Assembly (NCBI RefSeq): GCF_009914755.1
Contig: NC_060929.1
Reading direction: 5' to 3' (one strand)
Length of the DNA stretch: 64,000 nt
Origin: the human T2T-CHM13v2.0 reference genome, Homo sapiens
The notes under the pieces are model-generated. The model did not search any database and was not told where the DNA came from. It was given only the letters and a program-made list of their open reading frames with translations. Numbering within the stretch: the first letter of the stretch is position 1; each line of letters begins with the position of its first letter. The position numbers and the translations under genes were made by a program. This document shows positions 13,418 to 32,614 of the stretch, piece after piece.

Positions 13418-15798
13418 CGTAGTAGTCAGTTTTCACAATGATATAAAGAATGACTTGAGACTGAGTAATTTATGAAGAAAAGAGATTTAATTGATTCATA
13501 GTTCTTCAGGCTTTACAGGAAGCATGAATGGGAGGACTCAGGAAACTCAGAAAATCATGGTGGAAGGCAAAGGGGAAACAAGGTTCTTCTTGACATGGCA
13601 CCAGGAGAGAGAGAGCACAAGGAGGGAAGTGCCACACACTTTTAAACCATCAGATCTCTTGGAACTCACTCACTATCATGAGAATAGCATGTGGAAATCT
13701 GCTCCCATGATCCAGTCACCTCCACCCAGGCCCCTCTCTTGACATGAGGGGATTACAATTTGAGATGAGATTTGGGTGGGGACAGAGGGCCAAGCCATAT
13801 TATTTCTCCTCTGGCCCCTCCCAAGTATCATGTCCTTCTCACATTTCAAAACCAATCATGCCTTCCCAACAGACTGGAAGTCTTAACTTATTCCAGCATT
13901 AACTCAAAAGTCCATGTCCAAAGTTTCATCTGAGACAAGGCAAATCGCTTCTGCCTATAAGCCTGTAAAATCAAAAACAAGTTAGTTAATTTCAAGACAA
14001 CAGTGGGGGTACAGGGATCAGATAAACACTCCAATTCCATAAGGGAGAAATTAGCCAAAACAAAGGGTCTGCAGGCCCCATGCAAGTCCAAAACCCGACA
14101 AGGCAGTCATTAAATCTTAAGGCTCTGAAACAATCTTCTTTGACCTCATCTCTCACGTCCAGAGCATACTGATGCAATATCTGGGCTCCCATGAGCTTTG
14201 ACAGCTCTGCCTCTGTGGCTCTGCAAGGCACAGCCCCCACAGCTGCTTTCACAGGCTAGGATTGAGTGCCTGTGACTTTTCCAGGCACACTGTGCAAGCT
14301 GTCAGTGGATCTACCATTCTGGGGTCTGAAGCACTATGACCCTCTTCTCAAAGCTCCAGTAGGGAGTGCCCCAGTGGGGAATCTGTGTGGGGGCTCCAAC
14401 CCCACATTTTCCCTCTGCACTGCCCTAGTAGAGGTTCTCCATAAGGGCTCCACTTCTGCAGCAGACTTTTGCCTAGACATCCAGGCATTTCCATACATCC
14501 TCTGAAATCTAGATGGAGGTTCCCAAACCTCACCTCTTCCCTTCTGCACAACCACAGGCCCAGCCTCATGTGGAAGCCACCAAAGCTTGAGGCTTGTATT
14601 CTCTGAAGCAATGGCCTGAGTAGTGCCTTGGACCCTTTTAGCCACAGTTGGAGCTGAGCAGCTGGAACACTGGGCACCATGTCCCGAGGCTGCCCAGAGC
14701 AGCAGGGCCCTGGGCCCATCCCACTAAACAATTTCTCCCTCCTAGGCCTCCAGGCTTATAATGGGAGGGGCTGCCTCAAAGGTCTCTGAAATGTACTGGA
14801 GACGTATTCCACGTTGTCTTTGCCATTAACATTTGGCTCCTCTTTACTTATGCAAATTTTTGCTTGAATTTCTCCCAAGAGCGTGGGTTTTTCTTTTTTA
14901 CTATATGGTTAGGCTGCAAATTTTCCAAACTTTTATGCTCTGCTTTCCTTTTAAATATACGTTTCAGTTTCAAGCCATCTCTTTCTTCATGGACATGAGC
15001 ATAAACTTTTAGAAGCAGCCAGGCCACATGTTGGAAGGTCTGTTGCTTAGAAATTTGTTTCACCAGATACCCTAAATCATCTCTCTGAAGTTCAACATTA
15101 CACAGATCTCTAGGGCCGGGTCAAAAGGCTGTCAGTCTCTTTGCTAAAGCATAGCAAGAGTAACTTTTTCTTCAGTTCTCAATGAGTTCCTCATCTCCAT
15201 CTGAGACCCCCTCAGCCTGGACTTCATTATCCAAATCATTATCAGCATTTTGTTCACAACCATTCAACAGGTCTCTAGGAAGATTTAAACTTTCCCATAT
15301 CTCCCTGTCTTCTTCTGAGTCCTCCAAACTGTTTCCTACCTCTGCCTGTTACCCAGTTCCAAAGTTACTTCCATATTTTCAGGTATTTTTATAGCAATGC
15401 CCCACTTCTCTGGTACCAATTTTCTGTATCTATCTCTTCTCAAACTGCTATAAAGAACTACTGGGTAATTTATGAGGAAAAGAGGTTTAATTGACTCACA
15501 GTTCTGCAAGCTTAACAGGAAGCACGACTGGGAGGCCTCAGGAAACTAACAATCATGGCAGAAGGTAAAGGGGGAGCAGGTGCCTTCTTCACATGGTGTC
15601 AGTAGAGAGAAGAGCCGGGGGGAAGTTCCACACACTTTTAAACCATCAGATCTTGTGAGAACTCACTGACTGTCACGAGAACAGTATGGGAAATCCACCC
15701 CCATGATCAAATCACCTCCTACCAGACCCCTCCCCTGACACGTGGGGATTACGATTCAACATGAGATTTGTGTGGGGACACAGAGCCAAAGTATATCA
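13418..15798 (-). mobile_element. Full-length THE1D-like MaLR element: LTR 13418-13802, internal region, LTR 15425-15798
   Basis: Two homologous LTRs flanking THE1-int; 5-bp TSD CTAAC/CTCAC. Confidence 0.9.
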
Positions 15799-16567
15799 CT
15801 CACCTAATAAGTGCTTATCTTGATTAAATTGTATGGAAAACTACAACTTAAATTATGTGATCAGAAATTCTATCTAATGATAGACATTAATTCAAATGCC
15901 ACCATGTTCTCCTGTCAGCTTCTCATATATTGTCATGGATATGATTTAATTGTCCTTCAGTGTCATGGAACACATCCTGAGATTCAGCTGATGAAGTTGC
16001 AAACTGGATAAATATAAATGATGATGTTTCAAAAAAGAAAATCCTCACTTAGTAAAAAAATGTTAGGTTTATTTTACACTTTCTTGACAGCTGAACTAAT
16101 ATAAAAAGCACTCACCTTGTTTCTTTCAGTTTTGTGTATGTTTTGATTGTGTCAGCTGAGTTCTTCTTCACGGGATTTTCTATGTGTCAGAGACACTTGT
16201 CCCCCATTCTGTTTTCCTGTGTAATCTCAAAATTGACAAGGGTCTTCACTGTATGTGAAAAGGATGTCTGTGTTGCTTGATTTTATGTGTGACTACTGTT
16301 TGCGATTGTCCTTTTCCCAATATGACATGTAATTTTACAGCACAGATAGTTTTTCAAAAGAATTACATTCCCAGGCTTAGCAGAGGGAGCGGCCTACTTA
16401 TTGAAATGTGAAATCGAATCTCTGAAACAGAAACACCAAATTATTATACTAATCTGTAAAGTAGCTATAAAACGTTATTTTTCAGAGTGAAGTATCTGTC
16501 AAGATGGCTAGTTTTGGTGTATAATAGAAACGGTATTTTATTCCTTTTATTTCTGTAAACAGATTAA

Positions 16568-16570
<3 letters not shown>

Positions 16571-16611
<41 letters not shown>
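16571..16611. repeat. (TG)n microsatellite
   Basis: About 20 TG units. Confidence 0.95.
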
Positions 16612-16613
<2 letters not shown>

Positions 16614-16625
16614 ATGGGATATAAT

Positions 16626-19378
<2,753 letters not shown>

Positions 19379-20329
19379 TTACATTCAAGAGAAAAGCTCA
19401 GTCGAACTAATAAATAAATCAAAATTTCTTCTGATTATTTAGGTGTTTTTTCCTGTTAGATAATTAAGACATCCAACTGTTGCTTGCTGCTTCACCACAC
19501 AGACCATACACAGATACAAATACACACTCCATGAATGAGCATATGTGCTTGTTTAAAGAGACATACTAACCAAACAGTTGTATGCTGCCGTGATATTGAT
19601 TATGTCATCAAGTTCCTTATTTAACAAAACAGAGCTGTGTATGAAGTATTTCTCTAAAATGTACATTCAATAGCAACTGGTTTTGTTCAGTCTTATGTAC
19701 CCATATTATTTAAATGAGCACCTGGAGTCTAGAATTAACTAAAAAATATCTATGTTGATGCATATTAAGTTGATTTTGAAGTCATAAATTTTGACAAGAA
19801 TTGATACTATGGCACTGTCATAACTTTACAAAAGATGACCTGAACTAACATGATTTTATGCTTTTACCAGTGGAACTCCCTGAAATATATTCAGATAATT
19901 TGTTATTAAAGCAAAACTAAGTTTATTGAAACCCTGTGCCAAGAAAGTACACCATTTTGACATACTTTTGCAGTGTTTCAGCAGGGAAGAGTGAGAGGAA
20001 GATTTTTCATGTTTGTGGAGAATGGCTTAAGAGAGTTAAATGAGTCTTTCAAAGTGAGTAGCTGATTGAAATTGAGCTAAACTCAGAGCATAATAGTTTA
20101 GATAGTCTAAGAAATTGAAAAAAAAGTTGATGCCAAGCATACAAGAAATAACACCACCAAAAAATAGACCTAAATACAGACAAAATTAGATTAAAAACAA
20201 GAATATGTTCAATGTTAATAAAAGCAAAAGGAACATAGACATAGTTATGGAGGAGTTTTGTTTTGTTTTAATAAGATAAAAATATGGTTAGTTTTATAGC
20301 AATACACCTGGAAATCTGGATCAATTCTG

Positions 20330-20530
20330 TCCACTATAGTCATTACTAGTGACATGTAGATATTGAACACTTGAAATATGGTGGATTTGAATTGATTTAT
20401 GCTATATGTAAAATACAAACTAGATTTAGTTTAAAAAATGTAAAACTGAATAATTTTAATATTGTTTTATGCTGAGATGACAATATTTTGGATATACTGG
20501 ATTAAATACATATAAAATATTGTTAAAAAT
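20330..20530. mobile_element. MER33-like DNA transposon remnant
   Basis: CACTTGAAATATGG..TGTAAAATACA..AATATTTTGGATATACTGG. Confidence 0.55.
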
Positions 20531-20666
20531 CAAGTAGTATAGTAAAATTGGTCTTTTTGTTTTACTTTTTTATTTTGTTTTGGTTTTTGAAGGGATAGAA
20601 ATCATGGCTAAGATGGACCCTGGGGCATATCATTGACCATCATGAAACATGCACTGATTTGCCAAA

Positions 20667-21620
20667 TGTATTATTTTCCTGTGGCTGTTATAAAAATCAC
20701 AATACACTTAGTAGTTTAAAACAACATAAATTTATTGTCTAGCAGTATTCCAGGTTAGAAGTTCAACACAGGTCTTACTGATTTAAAATCAAAGCATTGG
20801 AAGACTGCATTCCTTCTATAGGCTCTGTGGAATAATCCATGACCTGGCCTTTCCCAGGCTTTAGAATCCAGCTGCATTCTTTGATGCATGTTCCCTGTCT
20901 TGGGCAGCTTGGAATACTGTAAGAAAATACCATAGACCGGGTGACTTAAACAACTGACATTTATTTCTCAGAGTTCTGAAAGTTGGGAAGTCCAAGATTA
21001 AGGTGCTGGTATATTTGGTTCGTGGTGAGGGCCCACTCCCTCTCTGGTTAGTAGATGGCCTCCTTCTCTCTGTGTTCACATGGCCTTTCCTGGATACATG
21101 TTTACGGAGAGAGAAAGAGAAGGGTGGTTGGGTGGGAGGTGGTCTAGTATCTCCACCTTTTCTTATAAGAACACTAACATTATCATGAGAACACCACACT
21201 TAGGACATTATCTCAACCTAGGTTCCTCCCAAAAGCTCCATCTCCAGATACTATCACACTGCCAATTAATAGATCATTGAAAATAATCTATTAATATTTG
21301 AACAATGCCAATCATCTTCAATAGATTAATTTTAGGGAGACACAAATATTCAGTTCATAACAGTTCCTTTCCTTGACCTTCAAAGCTACAAATGAAGGAG
21401 CAAGTCTTCACATTCTCCTTTTATATCTCCCTCTTCTACGTGTAAAGAATCTTATGATTGCATTTGGCCATCTAAAAATCTATGATAGTCTCTCCATTTC
21501 AAAATCCTTAACTCTAATTGCATTTGCAAAGTCTGTCCTGCCAGGTAAGCTAACAAATTTATAAATTATCTGGATTAGGACCGCATCATCTCTGAAGAGC
21601 CATTATTCTGACTACCACAT
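20667..21620 (-). mobile_element. MLT1 LTR with nested MLT1A-like LTR (about 20896-21362)
   Basis: Two TG..CA MaLR LTRs; inner one flanked by GTTCC-like duplication. Confidence 0.7.
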
Positions 21621-23429
21621 CAGTATGTTAGTTTATGTCAAGATTGCTGTAATAATCAATAGGTTCTGGTACCACAAATCCAGTAGCAGTCATTAAGGTT
21701 GATTGAGTTTATTGATTGCTTTCAGCTCCATTCTGCTATTAATCACTTTTGGGGATATAAAATGAAGACCTTATCACATAGAGGAAGAGGTAGATGTGAT
21801 AGGAGCTTGAATATGTAATAAGAATTTTTTATGATATGTAAATGTGAGAAATGAATTAAGTATGTGCCATTTGTTCTCTTCTTTTTAAGACATTTCTTTC
21901 TAAAGGTTTAGTGACAGAAGTTGCATTCTATTAAAGATCCCTAAGTGCTGTTCTGCTGTAGGCATAAGCTTTCTTTCCTGGGTGCAGCATGTTAGGATTT
22001 AAGATTTCTATTTATCTAATACTCTGCTGTTTGTCAGATAAAATAACAATAAATAGTGAGTCCAATTATTGATAAACCCAGATGTTTCATATTTAGGAAT
22101 CGATGTTAAAAAAAAAGAACTCTAATTGGCATCCTAAGGAAAATGTGTGCAGCTTAGCACTGATTCAACTGCATGTTTAGCCAAATTGTGAACAAATTAC
22201 GGCCAGCTTCCGGACTCTTCTAGAGAGTGACTAAGGACGGCATAGAGGAATTAGGAATAGTAGCTTTATAGGTAAAGTAATTAAATGTAACCTTAAGCAT
22301 AAAAAGATAAAGTTAACTAGGAAAATGAAAACTCAAGATATACAGATTAAATATGACAAACAATGGATCTTTTTTTGTGGATCTTGGTTTGCAGATACCG
22401 ATATCTCATATAGTGATTCACTTGATCCAAAGGCATTTGATGGAAGCTGTCTTCTCCCAAAGACTATTTGCTTTTGGAAGAATCCTAAGAGTCATTAGTT
22501 AGAAGTTTTTGGTAGGGATACTTTCCTGTAATATGAAGATGACCTAAACCTCTTTACTTGAGAGATAGGAATCAAAGGATCAGTCTTTTAAAGACTATGG
22601 GTTTGCTAGTTGTTAGCTGTGCCTGATAGTGACTTTTTTCCTATGATCTTTCCCTGCCGTGTCTCTTAGAAGACAAGGTATCCAGGTATGAAAACCAATT
22701 TTGCAGACATTGTTTAGGATACTAATGGGGAAAGTCTTCAGTAACTTTTGTTGAAAGAATGGATTTCCTGAGTCCTTACAGCATTTAGTTAAATAAGTGT
22801 AGATTTCTAGAATCAGAGCTAATATTCCTAGACACTTGGTTTAGCTGTTACTAACTCATGAACCACAGAAAGAAGAAATACCTTAGACCATGCAAGTTTG
22901 ACGATGTCTGTGAACTTTACCAACTTTAGTTTCAGAATTCCATCTTTCTACCTTCCCAAAAGGTTGAAAGTGATATGGACAGTGAAGTCTGATTAATTGA
23001 CAGAACTTTTCCATGTTAATAAAAATTCCGGTAAAATGGTTTCCTTGTTACTAGAGATATAGTTTGGGATTCCCCAGGCTGAAAAAAAAAAAAAGGATTT
23101 TCTCCATGCCAACAAGAGACAAATAATGATCAGAACATATTTAAAATCTATTGCCAGCACTTGTTATGAAAAATTCATTTAGATTTTTACTGAGACATTT
23201 TACAGTTTTGTTAGGATTAATCTGACGAAGGTTGAGACAAGTTGTAAGGATATAGTTATATAAAGATATACTTACCAATTTTAGCAAAATTTTCCCCCAG
23301 CTATTGGTTAAATACATTGGTCAATTTGTCCTCATTGTGCCAGAAAAGCTCAGCAGTTCTGACTAAAGTTTATGTTAACCCATTGCCAGTAGAATGAAAG
23401 AGTTGAATCCTCTCTTAAATTATAATATA

Positions 23430-24469
23430 TAGTTGACTCCTCAACAACACAGGTTTGAACTGTGCAGGTCTGCTCATATGTAGATTTTTTCCTATAAATA
23501 TATTAGAAAATTTTTGGAGATTTATGAAAAATTGAAAAAGATAACAGGTGACCCATCTACACAAGAAATATTAAAAAACTAAGAAAACGATGTCATGAAT
23601 GCATAAATCATATGTAGATACTAGTGATCATTTAATACAATGAGATATATATGCGTCTATTATAAAAAGTTAAAATTTATCAAGACGTAGGCAAACACAG
23701 AGCATACATGCAGCCAATTGAAGTTTAGAGAAAAGTAAAACAAAAATATACAAAAGTAAATCATAACTGCACAAAATTAACTGTAGTACATACTGTACTA
23801 CTGGGATAATTTCCTAGCCTCCACCTGTTGTTCTTGCAGTGAACTCAAGTGTTGTGAGTATTCACTTAAAATGCCACATAATGCTAATCATCTTCTTGTG
23901 AGTAGCTTGTCTCTCCAGTAAATTAACACAGTAAAAAGTGTTCTCTCATGTTTCTCCTGTATTATTCATGATGTCTAGTGCAATACCATAAACCTTGAAT
24001 AACACCTTCAGACCTATAAAAAGTGCTGCTAGTGATGCTGAAAGTTCTTCCAGGAAACAGAGAAGGGTCCTGACATTACAGGAAAACAATGAATTGCTTG
24101 ATAGGTACCCTAGATTGAGGCCTGCAGCTGTGTGTGCTGCCATTTCAGAAGAAGGATCCATCTTGTAAACACGGGATTGTAAACTTATGAGAGAAATAAA
24201 TATACTGTAGTACTGTAAACGTATTTTTTCTTCCCTATAATTTTCTTAATAACACTTTCTTTTCTGTAACTAGCTTCATTGTAAAACTACGGTGTAAAAT
24301 ACATACAGCGTATGAAATATGTGTTAAGGATTGTCCAGTCAACAGTAGGCTGTTAGTTTAGTTTTGGGGAGTCCAAAGTTATATGTGAATTTTTGACTGT
24401 GCTGGGGTGGTGGGGAGGGGTTAGGGAGGTTTGATGGCCCTAAACCTTGTGTTTTTCAGGAGTCAACTG
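23430..24469. mobile_element. Tigger2-family (Tigger2b-like) DNA transposon
   Basis: Terminal inverted repeats AGTTGACTCCT...AGGAGTCAACTG with TA flanks. Confidence 0.85.
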
Positions 24470-24850
24470 TACAATTTAGAAGAATATGATTTAGAATTTC
24501 CCTGAGATTAAGAACATATTAAATGGTGGGAAGGATATTGATAGACCTCTAGATCTAGTGACACTATCAACTTTGACTGTGTCTGTTTGATGAAGGAATT
24601 AAAATCTAGTAACAAAAGCATTTTGTAGATAGTTATTGTACCAGTCTTTGTTCTTGAACATCAGTGTGTTTTTTTGAACTGAAAATCACACATTGAATGA
24701 AAGGCTTCATCTCAATATATTTTATTTACACATAAATTTGAGCTGTTTTTTGTTCACAAGTTTGGCCGATAAAAGAGCCCTCACAATAGCTTTAATTACC
24801 ATTTAAAATTACAAATTAATGTGATTTTTTAATTTTTCTCTCTTTTGTAG

Positions 24851-24981
24851 GGTGAAGGAGCAATGCTTTTGGTTACTCAGTATTCTCTCAAGAAAATTTA
24901 AAGATAGTTTATACATAGAAGATATTTTAACAGGCTATATTCTGAACTTGTGGCCCGGATTTGGAAAAAGCAATATATCAA
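24851..24981 (+). other. Candidate internal exon (131 bp)
   Basis: Long polypyrimidine tract then TTGTAG|G acceptor; CAA|GTATGG donor. Confidence 0.35.
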
Positions 24982-25985
24982 GTATGGTTCAAGGGGACAA
25001 GAAAGAGAGAAGCATTTGTTACCATTTTTCCAAGTCAAAAATATTTAATCAGATAATATTTTAAAAGCCAGCAATAATTAGTAATGATTGGTATAATGTT
25101 TTTGTCAAAATTATTAAATAGGAGATAAAATTAAAAGCTTTATTTTTTTGCATTCAAATAAAATTTTAAGTATTTTGATGAGCATATTAAATCAACAATG
25201 CATGTATTACATTGAACCTGACTTCTTAATAAGTTGCAACCAAATCTTTAATGATAAGTTTAGGTCAGAGAGATAATTTTGAGATTTGTCACCATAAAGA
25301 TAGGGTATAATGTGATGTAAATAATTAAGATCAGGTGGAAAGACAAATAAGATTGAAGGAAGACCCAAGACCAAGGTTTGGGGCACTCTCAGAAGTTCTA
25401 AAAAAAAAATTTAGACTATGAGTAAAGAAGGATTGATCAGCAAGGTGAAATGGATCAAGGAAATGTGGGCACTCAGAGGTACAGAGGGGTTAATTGCTGC
25501 TCAGAAAATACTCAGACGAATGCTGAACAATAGATTAGATAGAACCGATGTCCTAGAAATCATGAAGATAAGTGACTTTATTAAAATACATATTATAAAC
25601 AAAGAAGGAATTTACTGTTCGAAAAGTTGTCTTGAAGAATTGTTTTGGGAGAAAATAAAAAATAAACCTTATTTTCTAAAATACACTAAAACTAATTCCA
25701 AATGAGTCAAAGGATTGTGTACAGATATTTTAAATTAATAAAACAATGTTAGTGCAGGTTCTCTTTAATTACTTCCCTGATTGTTTTACCTATAGTAACT
25801 CATTTAATTCTACTAGCAATCTTTTCATGTTGGATACAGCTATTCAAATTTTCTTTTGTTATTGCAATAGCCTCCTAACCATTCTTCCACAAAATTGAGG
25901 CACTAAAAGGTTGTGAAATTTCCTCTATGCCACAGAGCTTTTTAGTGATGATTTGGCATTTGGAAGCACATCTTTGAAATGTTCA

Positions 25986-28054
<2,069 letters not shown>

Positions 28055-29974
28055 AAATGTTCATTTTTAATTATAGCACTACACCATGCACTGAATCACG
28101 GAGGGTAAAAATGCACACTGTTAATAAGAAGGAGGGAGTCAATCTCATTAGTATTATAATATTTATACTGAATGAGACTCCATTCCCGAAATTCACAGAA
28201 TTAAAATAATAAAAATAAAAATTTATTGCTAGCCAATTTGCAGCAAAAAAGATTCATTCTCATATTCTGCTATGAGAAAATAAATGAAATTGAATTTTAA
28301 AAGACATTTTTGGAAAGCCCTTTGAATTAACCAGAAAATTGTTAAATTCGTAGTTTTTTTGACTAACATTCTTCTTCCACGTTAACAGAATTTATATATA
28401 AGTGACACTCATTGCATATACTTTTAAGGGGTAAAATAATTACTAAATTTATGTACACTATTAATACTTCATTGTATAAAATTGCATATATACCCATATG
28501 CAAATGTGCACAGAATCAATAGGGTAACCATAGACATAAAATGATCAGTGCAGGATATTTTATTTATGCATTTTATATATAATATACTTTTCATTTAATA
28601 TTTTTGCTAATTTTATTGAATTGAATATTTATGCCTTGGTTATAGAACAACTAAATTTATTTTCAAAGAAACTCCATTATTATTGTCTGCAAGAGTAAAA
28701 CTTATAAACAATCTAAAAATTCAACCAAATACAACCATTTACAATTGTGCCCTGGTTGAATTTGTAATCATAGGAGAAAACACAGGTGTTGAATTTTTTG
28801 AATTTCATTTAAAAAATAATTGACACAATCCCTAAGGTATCATATAAATTAATTGAATTGTTATTGTCTTGGGTTAACATTTATTTCTAGATTTTTTTTT
28901 CCCCTAATATCTGATTTTTTCCATTAACATTACTTATTTGGATAATCAGAAAAAAATCAACATTGCCAAAAGATAGATAATACCACAAGCGAAATATCTA
29001 TGATAATGATAGGAAAATGCTTTGAATTCAGGCTGAATGAGAATTAGTCTAGGAAAACAGCTTGGACCCTCTCATTCCTGTTAATGTCATCTCTGTGTTT
29101 AGCACTGCTGCTATTCCTCAGCTACTAAGAAATGCTCTATTGCTGGGCATGGCATATGGGAAGCCAAGAAAAATGACTGGCTGCTTGGTGACAGCTCTCT
29201 AGTCCTCATGCCAAGTTCTGCCAGTGATTTAAATATTAAGTAATGGAAAGAATTTTGAAATCCAGGATGATTAGAAAAGTCATTTTCTACAAAAGTGAAG
29301 CATTGTCTTTAGAGATTAAAATCTATGAAAATAACATTATTGAAATACTAGACTTCAGACTATTTTTCTGAATTACTGTAACTGTTGAAATAGGTCTTTC
29401 AGCCCATTAAGATAAACACCACACTTTTCTCTTCATGATCTCCAGCTGTAATTTTATAGTGAAAGGTGCTTGCATAAAAGAGTTCACACTATCTGAAAGA
29501 TGTCACATGTAACATTGACTGGCAGCCATTTCAGAATGGCAGACAGCCAATAAATCATTCAGAACTATGTGTCACTCGTTGTGGCTTTAAAATTGTATTC
29601 CTTCTCCTTTGATAAAGAACATTTCAATGTCAAATAGTTTGTTCTATTTAAACTTATACATCAACCAGAATATTGAGATACACAATAAAATTAAATGATT
29701 TGGTAATACCTTTAGAATTTATCTAAAAACAGCCGTATGTATTTGCATGACAGATTTGGTTCACAAACCGATCAAGTTGTTAGTATCAAAGGCATGTTTT
29801 AGTGCTGATTTGTGTATAGATAAATTTAGGAAATTACATAAATAGAAATACTTCTTTATAAAATTCCTTGACCTTGTGATATCTTGGTATTAAGAATCTT
29901 AAAGGAATCATTTAAAAAAATTCAAAAGCAAACAATTTCGATTTTACAAGAGCTAAGAAAAAAACATTTTGCTA

Positions 29975-30210
29975 TGGACACAGATCGCTCTTCAAGAAAA
30001 GATTTCTTTCCCCCTTGGCTGCTAGGAGCAATATTACAAAGCAGCCTTCAGCTCTCAGCTCCTTCAAAGTTTGCCTCAGCTGTAACCATTGTCTGGCTCA
30101 ATGTTAGGGCATCCTGGAGCACTGGACATGCAAACACGAATGGAGATGAGGTTATAAAGCCTGGCCATTTTGACCCACCTGAGAGGATTCTGACAGGTCC
30201 TTCCAGTGCC
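29975..30210 (+). mobile_element. LTR16-like ERVL LTR remnant
   Basis: GCTGCTAGGAG..CAGCCTTCAGCTCTCAGC..TTGCCTCAGCTG..TATAAAGCCTGGCCAT. Confidence 0.45.
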
Positions 30211-30517
30211 TGAGAAACCCAGGGCTCACATGCTTTATATTCTGATCATTCTGTAGGGGTTGTTCCCATGGGTGATAGAAGCTGCCAAATATAAAGAGGC
30301 AACCATGCAAATTTTTAGGAATTATTTCCAAAACTCTCATAACAACATCATATATATTTATTGGTTGTTTAAGTAGATTTCTGAGGAGTAGATAGCAACG
30401 ATAGAAGTGAAAGAAAGTAAATGCAGTTGTTAAAGGATTAGTCTTCCCATACTTAGAAAGTACACAAGTTGCATATACACTATGTTCCTTCCCTAGAGCA
30501 AGTATTTCAATGCAGTC

Positions 30518-30572
30518 ATGTGTGTGTGTTTGTGTGCTTGTGTGTGTGTGGTGTGTGTGTGTGTGTGTGTAT
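30518..30572. repeat. Interrupted (TG)n
   Basis: Visible dinucleotide array. Confidence 0.9.
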
Positions 30573-31115
30573 GCTAACTGAACTCATTATAGATTTTATT
30601 GGATCAGATATATGAAGAGACTTGGAAGACTTGGGTTTGTCTGGAACTGGGTGAAATAGAGAAGGACGATCATTGACATAGAAAGCTGATTACTTTGTCC
30701 TTTGAGTATAAATAGTCTTACAATAAAATGGCATCTCCACTGTCTAAAACACATTTTTACATTTGCTCTCCTTCTGAAATTATTTATGTGAAATTAACAA
30801 ATGTACTTATTACCTTAGAAACAAACGATCCGTAATTTATATTATTTATTGTATATTTGTAGATCCACTTAAAATTGATTTGCAATATAAGGAAAAAATG
30901 CGTTTTATAAGTTGTTTGCTTTGTGTAGTGCATCTTGTTAACCGTAGGACTACTGTTGCATTGAAACAAAATAGAATTAATCTGTTCAGGTAAATAGAAC
31001 TGGAAGTGAGATTTGTTGTCACTCCTTCTCCTTCAAGTACTGACCAGTCTTTTAATTCACACATAACTAACACTCTGTGCAATAATATTTTTTTGTTCTC
31101 TGTCTTTTCAAACAG

Positions 31116-31149
31116 AACTCAAGCTCCATGAGGAGATGTTTCATTGTCG
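31116..31149 (+). other. Candidate 34-bp microexon within an L2 3'-end remnant (about 31115-31260)
   Basis: TTTTTTTGTTCTCTGTCTTTTCAAACAG| acceptor and TCG|GTGAGC donor; L2 hallmarks AAGCTCCATGAGG and TATTTGTTGAATGAAT. Confidence 0.5.
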
Positions 31150-32614
31150 GTGAGCACATTCTTGTCAATTAGTTCCTTCTTGTTTCTTACTATAGCCCCT
31201 GTGTCTAGAACCTTTCCAGGTATTCAGTAGCCATTTAAAAATTATTTGTTGAATGAATTGTTATTTTAAAGAACATCCACAATTTTGCCTGACTGGGCAT
31301 GGGAATACATGCCCATCTTTGGACTGAATGTCCATTTTTCCCTTCTTTGATTTATCAAAATATTGGTTAAATGATCAGGACTACCGTCAGAAGGAATTTT
31401 ATATCTAAAAATAGTTTACCTTCTATGGATGTAAAAAATAGTTGTAGTAGTTCTGGCTTTTATATTATTCGATGTTTCAAAGCGGTTTTTTTTTTCCATC
31501 ACCATATTGTACGTTCTTGAAAAGTACTCGTTCATGTGACTGCTATCATTTATGCTTGTGCAGCACGTAGATACAGGAGAGAAGATAAGGAAAATGCTTA
31601 CCCTGTGTCTCCTTCCCTGTAACACAGTTTTTTTTACCATATTGATTCTCCACTTTCTACTCCCTAAGTAAAATTTTGCAACAGGCATTTGGGAAACTCT
31701 GGATACAAGAAAAAAATTTTAATATTGTACAAAGAGACAAGAGGTGACTTCTTTTTTATTTTTCATTTAGAGTTTATAGTTTAATTAAAGAAAATGCACA
31801 TATATCTAAAGATAATCATGGATAATACACTCATGTAATTACTACTTTCAGTGGTTGTAACAACAGCCAAAGCACAAACAGAAATGAGAAAGAATTATCA
31901 GCATTATGCAAGTACATATCCTCTTTAAGAATTCCTGTTATAGTGAAAGCATTAAAATAATTGAACACGTACAGAGACCATATACTTTGTGATCTTTTTA
32001 AAAAAGTATTCAAAATATATTTCTGTGTGCAAAACATTTTCATAATGGTCTTGTTTAAATGAAAGTATTTAGAATAGCACATTGTAAAATTATGCTGCAG
32101 AGCACAAGTATTTTTCTCTTTAGAAGACACATAATAAAATAGAATCATCAGTGTTTTTTCATAAACATGAATCTTTAGAGTGTTACTTGATCCTGCATAA
32201 TAAGGGTACTTTTTTGCTTAATGTAAGCATAGTATACTAATTCTTTTAAACTTCAGAAAGCATATTTACAGTCTAGGCAGATGGGACATGAAGGTCACAC
32301 AGCATGAGCAGTGAAATATCTCATTTACCTAGAGTTCTAGAGAGAATTTTAGGAACTCTTATTTATTATCAGTGCATAAACAAGAGTAAACTCTACAAAA
32401 CTGTTTGCAAAACTCTCCTCTTTCTACTCAGAAGGCTTTCCCTAGAATAATCATTATGGAGTCTGTCCATCCTTTACTCATTCACTGCATGGGGACAGGT
32501 GTTAGTTATGAGATTGGTGAATTTAGAAAGCTAACCAATTTCATACCTATTTTGGGATTCTCAATTCACAAACTTTTGTGCGTTTCTTAATTATTTCCTT
32601 TCTTTTTCTTGTAG

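Noticed and set aside
13491-15394. ORFs in THE1 internal regions (also 59764-62123)
   Set aside because: Fragmented MaLR internal sequence; no intact gene
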